This document shows, piece after piece, positions 51,391 through 59,543 of a stretch of 64,000 bases of DNA. The notes beneath the pieces are model-generated. The model was given only the letters and a program-made list of their open reading frames with translations, was not told the origin of the DNA and did not search any database. This DNA is from a virus (Duplodnaviria; Caudoviricetes), in IMG/VR virus record IMGVR_UViG_3300017708_001323, positions 3,780 through 67,779 of that record; one strand, written 5' to 3'. The position numbers were made by a program, and so were the translations under genes. The first letter of the stretch is position 1. Each line of letters starts with the position of its first letter.

Positions 51391-52073
51391 GCTATATCTC
51401 CTCCAGCAGATTCGATTAATTGAGATTTTATTCGTTTCCAAGATTCAGGAGATTCCTTGGCTAATTCTACTTTTAAGATATTTATTGTTTGATTTACAGT
51501 TGTTTCTGTAGTATCACTACCCCAAGTATCATTGAATTTTACTAAGTCTTTTATTGATTCTCTTACTTCTTTATGTAATGATACAGCATCTCTAACAAAT
51601 CCATCTTCATGAACACTACCCTCAGAAAGTAATTCTGAAAGTTTATCATTTAGTTTTTCAACATTGTTTCTAAGTATTCCAAGTTCTTGACCAACTGTAA
51701 TTGCGACCTCAACTGCTGCTGATTTCTTAACCAGCGGTTGAAAGTGGTGCTTCATGTGATGATACACAGTATTCTCAGCAATATCTAATTCCTGTGCAAT
51801 AGCCTCCGATTCTGACCCATCAGTAAAAAATCTAGCCTCAAAAGCAGACCTGTCATCATGGGAGCAAATAACGCATCTGGGATTAGCACCCATGTGGTAC
51901 TCTCCCATATGATTTCTAAAATGCCTATCAGAAGTATTTGCTCGCCAACCCATCTCTTGGTCCATTTGTTTCGGAGTTATATTACCCGCAAGTAAATCAT
52001 CTTCGAGTCCATCTCTATCTGGATGTTGACAAAAGGAACAAGAGCGTTTTGTTATACGCGCCTCTTCGTCCAT
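51387..52073 (-). CDS. Putative terminase small subunit / Zn-HTH DNA-binding protein, 228 aa
   Basis: Two CxxC..HTH..HxxxH repeats (CSFCQHPDR...RHFRNH; CVICSHDDR...HHMKHH) followed by a coiled coil; upstream of terL in the same operon. Confidence 0.5.
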   Translation of the reverse strand: MDEEARITKRSCSFCQHPDRDGLEDDLLAGNITPKQMDQEMGWRANTSDRHFRNHMGEYHMGANPRCVICSHDDRSAFEARFFTDGSESEAIAQELDIAENTVYHHMKHHFQPLVKKSAAVEVAITVGQELGILRNNVEKLNDKLSELLSEGSVHEDGFVRDAVSLHKEVRESIKDLVKFNDTWGSDTTETTVNQTINILKVELAKESPESWKRIKSQLIESAGGDIA

Positions 52074-52114
52074 TGATTATCGTATGATAACCTTGTTATT
52101 CAATATTATTACCA

Positions 52115-52360
52115 CTATTGTGTTATTCTTGCGTAAACCGCACTTAGAAACACAAGCGAAGAGAATAAACCAAAGACGAAAAATGTAGCCTCGTTAGTTG
52201 ATAAATCCGCACCTCTAAATAATAAAACTGCTACCATCATCACAATCAAAGAAATTAACTGAACCATTATCATATCAATTATTACACTACGTTGTGGACT
52301 CCACATACCTAATGCCATTTCATTCATTTGATTAATTGGGTTTGGTATTCCTGACATCAT
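52115..52360 (-). CDS. Small two-TM membrane protein, 81 aa
   Basis: Two hydrophobic stretches (VIIDMIMVQLISLIVMMVAVLLF; FFVFGLFSSLVFLSAVY). Confidence 0.75.
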   Translation of the reverse strand: MMSGIPNPINQMNEMALGMWSPQRSVIIDMIMVQLISLIVMMVAVLLFRGADLSTNEATFFVFGLFSSLVFLSAVYARITQ

Positions 52361-53007
52361 TATGCTCTACCTCCGAATAATAAACTACGAGCAGTACTAC
52401 CAACAGCATTACCAACGTTTTCCATCATACCGGGATTTTCAAGCGCCGCACCTAACGCTCCCTGCAACATAGATTGTTGTGACATAGCCAAAACTTGTTG
52501 TCTTCTCATCTCTGCTTGTTGGATAATTGCTGTTGATTGATTTTGTAAATTACTTAATTGAGCAACAATATTTTCAGCAGATAATGTTTGTAAGTCAGAA
52601 GGAAGAGTTGTAACGTCTAAACTAAGAGTACCAGTTTCCTCGTCTAGTTTAAATTTAGCATTTTTTAATACATTTAGAAAAGAGAATGTAGAAATATTAG
52701 ATAACATTTCAATCATAACAGGCATTTGAGCACTTACAATAAACTTTTCAACAGGATTTAATGTTTCAAGCATAGCCATCAAAATCTCTGTTTCAGAAGG
52801 AGGGGCTACAGGTTGTTGAGCAAATTGATTAAATTGATTATATTGGTCTTGCATTCCAAGCCCCGCCACAAAACCCTGTGCTACTGGTTGTTGACCAAAA
52901 CCGAATTGTTGCTGCTGTTGTTGCCCAAATGGTGCCCCAGTTTGTGATAAATTGAGAGAAGATGTAGATTGTGGAGTTTGATGTGTATTTCCGAATATTC
53001 CTACCAT
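52360..53007 (-). CDS. Gln-rich protein, 215 aa
   Basis: Q/F/G-rich N-terminus (PFGQQQQQQFGFGQQ) and a helical C-terminus. Confidence 0.7.
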   Translation of the reverse strand: MVGIFGNTHQTPQSTSSLNLSQTGAPFGQQQQQQFGFGQQPVAQGFVAGLGMQDQYNQFNQFAQQPVAPPSETEILMAMLETLNPVEKFIVSAQMPVMIEMLSNISTFSFLNVLKNAKFKLDEETGTLSLDVTTLPSDLQTLSAENIVAQLSNLQNQSTAIIQQAEMRRQQVLAMSQQSMLQGALGAALENPGMMENVGNAVGSTARSLLFGGRA

Positions 53008-53009
53008 AA

Positions 53010-53963
53010 CTAATTCACCCCTTGTGTATTCGGTATGGGGGCCGTGTTATTAGGTTGCTGATTAATAATTTGTTGAAAAGCAGGTGTTGGTTGATTTATT
53101 TCTAACAATTCTTTTTGGAATATCCGTAAATCAAATGTTACTGTAGTAATATCATTTATTCCTGTTTCTGGGTTTTTATAATGAGTGATATTTATTCCTT
53201 CATAGGCTCTAGCGTCTTTTTCTAGTAATTCAAAAAAAGGCTCATACTTCGATAACATCAAAGGTGTATCTGCATCATTTTTTTGCATCACACTAACAGG
53301 TACAGTAACAATGGAAACTCCTTGTTTTACTTTATCGCGTAAACGATTAGGATTCATTTCATATTCTCTTTCTTCTTCAGTTTCCCATTTACAAAGAAGG
53401 TGAAATAAATGTAAATGTTCAGGACAATAAGTTCCTCTCATTTTTCTACCACTGGTTACTTTATCCATTGCTAAAAACGCTTCAGCCTGTCCAGTTACTG
53501 GGTTTTGCCAATACATATCCCAAAGACTTCTACCAGTTTCATCATCACATATTTTCTCGTAAAGATTATCATATTGAATTAATTCTTTACAATCACAACC
53601 ATCTACCACACAAACGTGTGATTGCTTATTGTACCTGTATTTACTACCAAAAAGTCTTGCTGGAGAAATTAGACTTCTTTTTGCTGGCTTTAATAATTTA
53701 TACGCTTGACGTATATCTTGTTTTCTGGCTTTTCTAGAATTACCATGAGTTGATGGATAAAAATTAACTTTAGGGACTTCTAAATTTTTTTGAGAAGCCA
53801 TTTCTTGCATAGAACGTTGAGCAGCGGCTTGTTCCATTAAAACTGCTCTATTTAATTGAGGATTACCTTGTGCGGCAAGAGCCATTAATGCTGTTTCGTT
53901 AGAATGACCTAAAGAATTAATTTGTTGTTGATTATTATAACCGGGGATATAATTAGATACCAT
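53010..53963 (-). CDS. Zn-binding protein with Q/N-rich termini, 317 aa
   Basis: CVVDGCDC and YCPEH motifs. Confidence 0.7.
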   Translation of the reverse strand: MVSNYIPGYNNQQQINSLGHSNETALMALAAQGNPQLNRAVLMEQAAAQRSMQEMASQKNLEVPKVNFYPSTHGNSRKARKQDIRQAYKLLKPAKRSLISPARLFGSKYRYNKQSHVCVVDGCDCKELIQYDNLYEKICDDETGRSLWDMYWQNPVTGQAEAFLAMDKVTSGRKMRGTYCPEHLHLFHLLCKWETEEEREYEMNPNRLRDKVKQGVSIVTVPVSVMQKNDADTPLMLSKYEPFFELLEKDARAYEGINITHYKNPETGINDITTVTFDLRIFQKELLEINQPTPAFQQIINQQPNNTAPIPNTQGVN

Positions 53964-53967
53964 ATTA

Positions 53968-54153
53968 TCACTTCTGTTGAGGAGTCACCTTTACACACAA
54001 TTCTCCATCTTCATTAACATCAAACTTCCAACTTAGTTTTTCTCCCGCTGTGAGTTTAAATTGTTCAATTATCCACATCGGAACAGTTGTTCTTAGACTA
54101 TTAGAGCCTCCTCCGGTTGACACAAGAGTGGTCTCATTATTCACTCTTGCCAT
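53968..54153 (-). CDS. AbrB/MazE/SpoVT-like DNA-binding protein (~61 aa)
   Basis: GGGSNSLRTTVPMWIIEQFKLTAGEKLSW fits the swapped-hairpin consensus; likely start is the ATG at 54153 behind GGTAGTGGTG. Confidence 0.75.
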   Translation of the reverse strand: MARVNNETTLVSTGGGSNSLRTTVPMWIIEQFKLTAGEKLSWKFDVNEDGELCVKVTPQQK

Positions 54154-54215
54154 TAGTTGGCGCACCACTACCCATATCAAAAAGGTTACTGATGAGGTCA
54201 CTTGACAGGTACACA

Positions 54216-54938
54216 CTACATTGTTAATAAATCTAACATTGTAATTTCAACATTCCATCCTATTCTAGTAGCCATAAAACTTCTTTTTGTTCTGATACCT
54301 GATTTTTGTAAACGAATTAAATCATCTCTAAAGGGGTCAAATACCTTATGTTCTCCTATTCTACCTTGTTGCCAAAGTAAAGCGGCGTTGTCATCAAAAA
54401 ATCTGTCTGCTTTGTTTGCTACTAACATTATCAGTTTAGGTGAATATTTTCTACCTTTTATTCTACTTCTTATGCTTCTATAACGATAATTACGAGAAAT
54501 TAAAACATCACATAAATATTTGAATCCCGCAACTTGTTCCATACCTTCAGCCCCACCCTTCAAAGCCCTTTCATCGAACATATAGATTATCGCTTCCGCT
54601 TGTCGATATACCATATCTTCTATCCAAAGATTCCAATATCTTTCTTGTCCACCTATATCAGCAGAGTTCACAACTCGCTTTTCACCTTTCCAAGATACTC
54701 TTTTTTTAGTCGATTTAGGTAAAATGTATCTTGTTAATATTTTATAATGTTCAGTTCTTTCATCAATAGGGATATCATACATCTCTCCGGGTGTTGTCAT
54801 ATAAGAATCCAAAGTGGTTTTACCTACCATTGCTGTTCCATAAATACCAACACTACGTGGACGCCAAGCGTTGTAAATATTTTGACCCCATAGTGCAGCG
54901 CCTACTAAAACACTACCAGTCATACTCAAAGTAATCAC
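54216..54938 (-). CDS. Small GTPase, Ras/Arf-like superfamily, 240 aa
   Basis: G1 GTAMVGKT, G2 Thr (ERT), G3 DIGGQ, G4 NKAD, G5-like FMAT; hydrophobic N-terminal helix. Confidence 0.88.
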   Translation of the reverse strand: MITLSMTGSVLVGAALWGQNIYNAWRPRSVGIYGTAMVGKTTLDSYMTTPGEMYDIPIDERTEHYKILTRYILPKSTKKRVSWKGEKRVVNSADIGGQERYWNLWIEDMVYRQAEAIIYMFDERALKGGAEGMEQVAGFKYLCDVLISRNYRYRSIRSRIKGRKYSPKLIMLVANKADRFFDDNAALLWQQGRIGEHKVFDPFRDDLIRLQKSGIRTKRSFMATRIGWNVEITMLDLLTM

Positions 54939-54948
54939 CTACCTTAAA

Positions 54949-55206
54949 TCAACTAAATTTATTTGTTAACCAAGAGCCAAAATCTGCTATTTGCTGATAA
55001 CCCCATTCTACTGTTGATTCCCATAAAGAAAAGTCACTATTCGCTTCAAGAGCACTAATAATAAAAACCGAAGCAACTGCTACCACAACAGTTCTAATCC
55101 AACCATATCCCCATTCATATACGTTATCAACTGTATTAGCCAAATGCATGGCTCTAAGTGTTTCTTCTACTGAATCATCTTTTGGAGTTTTGAAAATCTT
55201 ACCCAT
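54949..55206 (-). CDS. Small membrane protein, 85 aa
   Basis: TM segment WIRTVVVAVASVFIISAL and a Trp-rich amphipathic C-terminus. Confidence 0.7.
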   Translation of the reverse strand: MGKIFKTPKDDSVEETLRAMHLANTVDNVYEWGYGWIRTVVVAVASVFIISALEANSDFSLWESTVEWGYQQIADFGSWLTNKFS

Positions 55207-55211
55207 CTAGT

Positions 55212-55877
55212 TCAACTCTTATATCTGAGGTCAGGTGTTCCATCCTTTTTTAACCTCATGCCAGATTCGTTTTGAGTTGGCTTTCCATCTTTAGGAGGAG
55301 TTGGTAAATCTTTTACCATAGAATCAGTCATTTGATAAATTTCTCTCATATTAGCGGATTCGACTCCTAAACCTAATGGTTGTTGTACATTAGTATTGTG
55401 TGTAGGAATGCCGGGATTAAAAGTAGAATGATAATCTAATCCTAAATTAGCCATATTATTAACATCTCTATTTTCTGTTAAAAATGAAGGCGGTGACATA
55501 ATTTTATCAGGATTCTCATGCATCCATCTTAATTCTTTTTCTAATTCCATTTCTTGTCTTCTTAATTCCATATCAGACCTTCTTTGGTCAAAGTTAACTT
55601 GCATATTCCTGAACCTAGATTGATGTTGTCTTTGAAATTCCGTCATCCTAGCACGTTCTCTAAGATTTCTTTCAAAGAACATTTTGAATAAATAGTATGC
55701 TAAACCTTGTAAAGCAAAAGCACCCATTGAGTAATTTAAACCATTCATCCATGTTTCTTCATTCACTAGCCATAATTTTGAATCAAAAATAGCAACTGCA
55801 ACCCCAATCAATGCAGACTGACTTATTATTAATCCCATCAATCTAATTTCGGAATCTGTTGTATCAGACATATACAC
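55212..55877 (-). CDS. Two-TM membrane protein with a coiled coil, 221 aa
   Basis: Two N-terminal hydrophobic helices, an R/E/Q coiled coil, and a C-terminal LKKDGTPDLRYK motif. Confidence 0.72.
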   Translation of the reverse strand: MYMSDTTDSEIRLMGLIISQSALIGVAVAIFDSKLWLVNEETWMNGLNYSMGAFALQGLAYYLFKMFFERNLRERARMTEFQRQHQSRFRNMQVNFDQRRSDMELRRQEMELEKELRWMHENPDKIMSPPSFLTENRDVNNMANLGLDYHSTFNPGIPTHNTNVQQPLGLGVESANMREIYQMTDSMVKDLPTPPKDGKPTQNESGMRLKKDGTPDLRYKS

Positions 55878-55921
55878 ACCTTGTGAAAGGCCACGGATGG
55901 GGTCACCTTAAACCCTTCTGA

Positions 55922-56027
55922 GTAAAAATCCGAGGTTTTTACCCATTTGTCTTATTTATCTTATTATTAGTATGTATATAATAATTAATATATATGTATA
56001 GAGTCTATATTAATAATAAGACAAATG
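55922..56027. other. AT-rich intergenic element bounded by a 13-bp perfect inverted repeat
   Basis: catttgtcttatt (55944-55956) pairs with aataagacaaatg (56015-56027); an adjacent hairpin reads gtaaaaa-N7-tttttac. Confidence 0.75.
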
Positions 56028-56030
56028 AGA

Positions 56031-56384
56031 TTAACAGTTCCAGCGTTTTAGTGCAGCACCTTTTGGTGTTAATTTCCCATCCTTACTAGTCGGCCCTTTA
56101 CTTCCGCCCATTCTAGCACAAAATGACTTTCGCCTTTTTGCTGCTTTACTACCGGGTTTTAGTGAACTTGGTTTTTTAGTAACAGGTCTTTTCAAGTTAG
56201 CACCTGTTTCTCTTTTTGCTTTGGCTCGACCTTTTGCATTTAATCCACCACTTCTACTATGTCTGTTTGGATTATAACCATGAAATGGTTTTGATTTTTT
56301 TGCTTTCTCAAAAACAGAATCTAACAATGCTGCTGATGCTTGTTGCATAGGTGAACAACAATCACATATGTCAAAATTATTCAT
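56031..56384 (-). CDS. Basic small protein (DUF6321-like marine phage family), 117 aa
   Basis: GGLNAKGRA..LKRPV..RRKSFCARMGG..ALKRWNC motif, recognised from marine phage proteins. Confidence 0.65.
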   Translation of the reverse strand: MNNFDICDCCSPMQQASAALLDSVFEKAKKSKPFHGYNPNRHSRSGGLNAKGRAKAKRETGANLKRPVTKKPSSLKPGSKAAKRRKSFCARMGGSKGPTSKDGKLTPKGAALKRWNC

Positions 56385-57111
56385 TTCTCACTCCTATCTC
56401 ATTCAAGAAAGATTGTCCCTTTGCCCTCATTATTGCTCTTTCTGCGATTTCTTCAGGAGTACCAGTTACATCAATAGAAGGTTTAGCACTAAGATATTCT
56501 TCAACAGGTACATATGGACGAGTATAAGAAAAATCAAGAGCGTATATGTCATTTTCAGGGTAATCTCTACCTTCAAATTGGTCCATTACGTTAGGTTCTC
56601 CTTCGAAAGGTGAATCAGGGTGGTCGTGATTTCTTTCAGCCTGAGTTTCATCTAACAATTTCTCCCTACCTCTACGGGCGACACCGCCAGTCTGTTTGTA
56701 ATTACGATGTCTCCTAGGGTCGGTTTCCCATTCCATTGTTTCAGGCTTTATCGGTAAGGTCGCTTTCAACACATCCCACGCTGCGGAGAAAGCACTCATG
56801 TCGCTTCGCATAGTGTAGTCTGTCTTAACAATTGTTGGTTTCCCACCCACACCTTGCTTTTTTGCACGTTTTCTTTTTGTCGCTGCTTGTTTCTCACCTG
56901 ATGACATAGAACCTGATGTTTTAGGTGTTTTACTTGAAACTTTGATTGAAGGTCTGCATTTAGGATAACCTTTACCTGAAAGTTTTCCCTTGCTTCTACC
57001 ACATGGTGGGTGCTTACCATCTTTAGTACGTGACACATCTACCCATTTTTCCTTAAACCAACGGTTTAAGTTTTTTACAATGAGCACATCGTGACAAGTA
57101 CATCGTGTCAT
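56377..57111 (-). CDS. DUF5872-like basic domain fused to an AFxxAWxxLK-leader module, 244 aa
   Basis: LNRWFKEKWVDV..CGRS..YPKCRP, then an internal MSAFSAAWDVLKA. Confidence 0.65.
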   Translation of the reverse strand: MTRCTCHDVLIVKNLNRWFKEKWVDVSRTKDGKHPPCGRSKGKLSGKGYPKCRPSIKVSSKTPKTSGSMSSGEKQAATKRKRAKKQGVGGKPTIVKTDYTMRSDMSAFSAAWDVLKATLPIKPETMEWETDPRRHRNYKQTGGVARRGREKLLDETQAERNHDHPDSPFEGEPNVMDQFEGRDYPENDIYALDFSYTRPYVPVEEYLSAKPSIDVTGTPEEIAERAIMRAKGQSFLNEIGVRNE

Positions 57112-57269
57112 AGAATTCCTACCATTTTCTTAATGTTCTTTTGTTTGTCTATCAGTGCATAGCAAGGACATTTAGGAGAAGATACTGAACATTGATTACC
57201 TTCAATCATACAAACACAAGGTGTTTTTTTAGTACCACCGCAACAACATTTATCTTTCTTAAGTTTCAT
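57108..57269 (-). CDS. Cys-rich metallothionein-like micro-protein, 53 aa (not in the ORF track)
   Basis: MKLKKDKCCCGGTKKTPCVCMIEGNQCSVSSPKCPCYALIDKQKNIKKMVGIL; ATGA overlaps at both ends. Confidence 0.7.
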   Translation of the reverse strand: MKLKKDKCCCGGTKKTPCVCMIEGNQCSVSSPKCPCYALIDKQKNIKKMVGIL

Positions 57270-57439
57270 TTCTTTTTCTTCCCCTTAAATTTACCACGAC
57301 AATATTGCACAGCCCAACCATTAGCATAAGCAGATGGGTAGACTTTGAACTTTCTTTTTGCTGCTGCTTTTCCAGCAGGACATAATTTTTTCCAAACAGT
57401 GTCCATACCCACACAATGACCACAATCACAACTATTCAT
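57266..57439 (-). CDS. Small basic 'YPSAYA' protein, 57 aa (not in the ORF track)
   Basis: MNSCDCGHCVGMDTVWKKLCPAGKAAAKRKFKVYPSAYANGWAVQYCRGKFKGKKKK; GGTGA RBS; ATGA overlaps at both ends. Confidence 0.75.
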   Translation of the reverse strand: MNSCDCGHCVGMDTVWKKLCPAGKAAAKRKFKVYPSAYANGWAVQYCRGKFKGKKKK

Positions 57440-58311
57440 TTTTTCACCTTAACCTTACGAAGTGTACCTCGATTTTTAAAATGCCTAGCCCTATTACTAC
57501 TTTGGTTTTCTAAAGTAAACTTCCCACCTTGAGTATGGCTAATATCTTTTTTATTATTTGAACCATAAATACCCCTGCGCCTACGCTCACGATTCAAATC
57601 TACTCGATATTTCACCCTTTCAGGACTAGACTCGTATTTTTTATCATAGGCCAACTTATGTTGTCTGGCCGCTTCAGACATTTTTCTTTTTGGTGCTTTA
57701 ATTAGAACCATTTTATTTACAGTTTTTGGACCCGGAGGTAAAGGTGGTAAAATTCTAACTCTTGCTGCTTTTTTCTTTTTTGCTTTTCTTGCTCTTCTTA
57801 TTGCAACTTGTGGATTATTTGTATTGATTTTTTCAGGTGAAGCGTCTATAACGTGGTCAACATTCATAGTCCCCGGACCATCACCTCTTGCAAATTTTTG
57901 GCCTGAACCCCTAAGCATTACGGTTTTTACTTGAGGGGTACTATGTTTTTTATGAGGTCTAATTATACTCACAATGGTATTTCCATGTGAATGTCTTAAC
58001 CCTTTTTCATTTACACCAAGAGGGTTTCTAAAAGAATCTAAAAAATGAGTTCTTACTGCTACATTTCTAGGGGCGTTTTTAGTATAATTACCTAAAGGAC
58101 CCATAATTCCAGCATCAACTAAACCTTGTATAGTTCTAGTTTTTACTTCAGAGTTTTCATTTTCATCATGTACACGAAGAGGGTCACTCAATCTTTCAGA
58201 CGCATGTCCTGCAAAAAACTCTGGGGGTAATTTTGATGTATTAACTTCTGGAGGCTCTAAAAGGGTATTTTCATCTTTTAAGATATAATTTACCATTATA
58301 TCGGAAAACAT
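57436..58311 (-). CDS. Two-domain protein: HAxER-type segment plus a C-terminal HNH-like domain, 291 aa
   Basis: GHASERL near the N-terminus; RVDLNRERRRRGIYG..KDISHTQGG..ENQSSNRARH at the C-terminus, after a VLIKA motif. Confidence 0.5.
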   Translation of the reverse strand: MFSDIMVNYILKDENTLLEPPEVNTSKLPPEFFAGHASERLSDPLRVHDENENSEVKTRTIQGLVDAGIMGPLGNYTKNAPRNVAVRTHFLDSFRNPLGVNEKGLRHSHGNTIVSIIRPHKKHSTPQVKTVMLRGSGQKFARGDGPGTMNVDHVIDASPEKINTNNPQVAIRRARKAKKKKAARVRILPPLPPGPKTVNKMVLIKAPKRKMSEAARQHKLAYDKKYESSPERVKYRVDLNRERRRRGIYGSNNKKDISHTQGGKFTLENQSSNRARHFKNRGTLRKVKVKK

Positions 58312-58320
58312 GTAGCCCCC

Positions 58321-58656
58321 TCATTGTCTTCGAGCATTCATCATTTCTTGAAGTTGGTTTGCTAAATAATCCGCTTCTGCTCGCATTTGTGAAGCACCGT
58401 GTGGGTCAGTAGCCATCATTTGTTGTGCTCTTGCGTCCATTTCGTGAACTTTTTGACGCATAGCCTGTAGATTCATTCCTTGAGCAGCACCAGCACCAAC
58501 TCCCATTTGGTTGTAATCTTTCAAAAACTCAAAGGCTTTTTTCATTGCTTCGGGTGTCGCTGTGTCTTGTGGTGATTTAGGAGAAGGTGGAGTAACAGCA
58601 ATTACTAAACTCATTCCTTTCTTTTTCTTTTTTCCGTCCATTTTTTCTTCACGCAT
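58321..58656 (-). CDS. Hypothetical protein with a KAFEFLKD motif, 111 aa
   Basis: Leader-like internal motif; M/Q-rich helix. Confidence 0.6.
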   Translation of the reverse strand: MREEKMDGKKKKKGMSLVIAVTPPSPKSPQDTATPEAMKKAFEFLKDYNQMGVGAGAAQGMNLQAMRQKVHEMDARAQQMMATDPHGASQMRAEADYLANQLQEMMNARRQ

Positions 58657-58658
58657 AC

Positions 58659-58952
58659 TTACATCTCCTTTTCTTGCATCATTCTTCTAACCATAGCCAC
58701 TAATTTATCTTTAGACATATTAGCAAATTCATCTTGTGGGACTTCATCATAATTATCTAGAGGTGTTCCTGTTGGTTCATTGTCTTGACGCATTGATTGT
58801 GAGTGTAATCTCGCAGCAGCCATTTTTTCTGCTCTAGTTGTAAAAGGTGGAAAATCATCATTTCTATCAAAAGGTTGCTCTCTATGTCTATCATCTACAG
58901 AATCATACCACGCTTTTCTTAATAAGTTCCATGATATTTCAAATGCATCCAT
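58659..58952 (-). CDS. Leader-family protein (MDAFEISWNLLRKA), 97 aa
   Basis: GGAG RBS; N-terminal leader motif. Confidence 0.7.
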   Translation of the reverse strand: MDAFEISWNLLRKAWYDSVDDRHREQPFDRNDDFPPFTTRAEKMAAARLHSQSMRQDNEPTGTPLDNYDEVPQDEFANMSKDKLVAMVRRMMQEKEM

Positions 58953-58953
58953 T

Positions 58954-59244
58954 TTATCTACTCCTTGATACTCTAACTAAGCCAGTTTGTTTACGCATTT
59001 TTGGTCTTTGTACTCCCCGCGATACCTGTCTTGCGTACTTCGCTTTGGTTTTTCGGGTTTTAACCTTCCGGGCTAATCGTTGAACTTTAGCCTTTGCTTG
59101 CTTTTTTGGTCGGTCAGAAATGTAACTTTTACCAGCATATCCGAATTGACCTTTTAAGAGGTCATCTATGATGTCGGCTGGTTCAATCACAGTATTCGAG
59201 ACAAGCAGAACACTTTTACCATTTCGCTGATTGGGTAGTTTCAA
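58954..59244 (-). CDS. Small basic protein (start uncertain; GTG at 59190 is plausible)
   Basis: DDLLKG motif followed by a K/R-rich tail. Confidence 0.55.
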   Translation of the reverse strand: MKLPNQRNGKSVLLVSNTVIEPADIIDDLLKGQFGYAGKSYISDRPKKQAKAKVQRLARKVKTRKTKAKYARQVSRGVQRPKMRKQTGLVRVSRSR

Positions 59245-59543
59245 TGGGCTATGTTCTAGTCAAGGCTGCACCTGTTGTTGCTGCTGCTGCTGGTGGTGCT
59301 GCTGGTGGTGCTGGTGCTGCTGCTGGTGGTGCTGCTGGTGGTGGTGCTCTTGCTTCAAAGATAGGAGTTAAAGGTGCTGTAAAAGGAGCATTAGGTTTGA
59401 AAACATTCCAATCTTTAAATGATGCTAAAAATCAAGCAAAAGATATTTCTGGACAAAATCAGGGTCAATATAAACAATTAGCGGCTGAAACTCGTCAGAT
59501 GTTAAGAGATAAGGCTTCTACGAATTCCGCTCAGTTTTCCTGA
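59244..59543 (+). CDS. Ala/Gly-rich small protein, the only likely complete plus-strand gene, 99 aa
   Basis: Starts MGYVLVKA, then (GCT/GGT)n low complexity; fills a gap that has no long minus-strand ORF. Confidence 0.6.
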   Translation: MGYVLVKAAPVVAAAAGGAAGGAGAAAGGAAGGGALASKIGVKGAVKGALGLKTFQSLNDAKNQAKDISGQNQGQYKQLAAETRQMLRDKASTNSAQFS

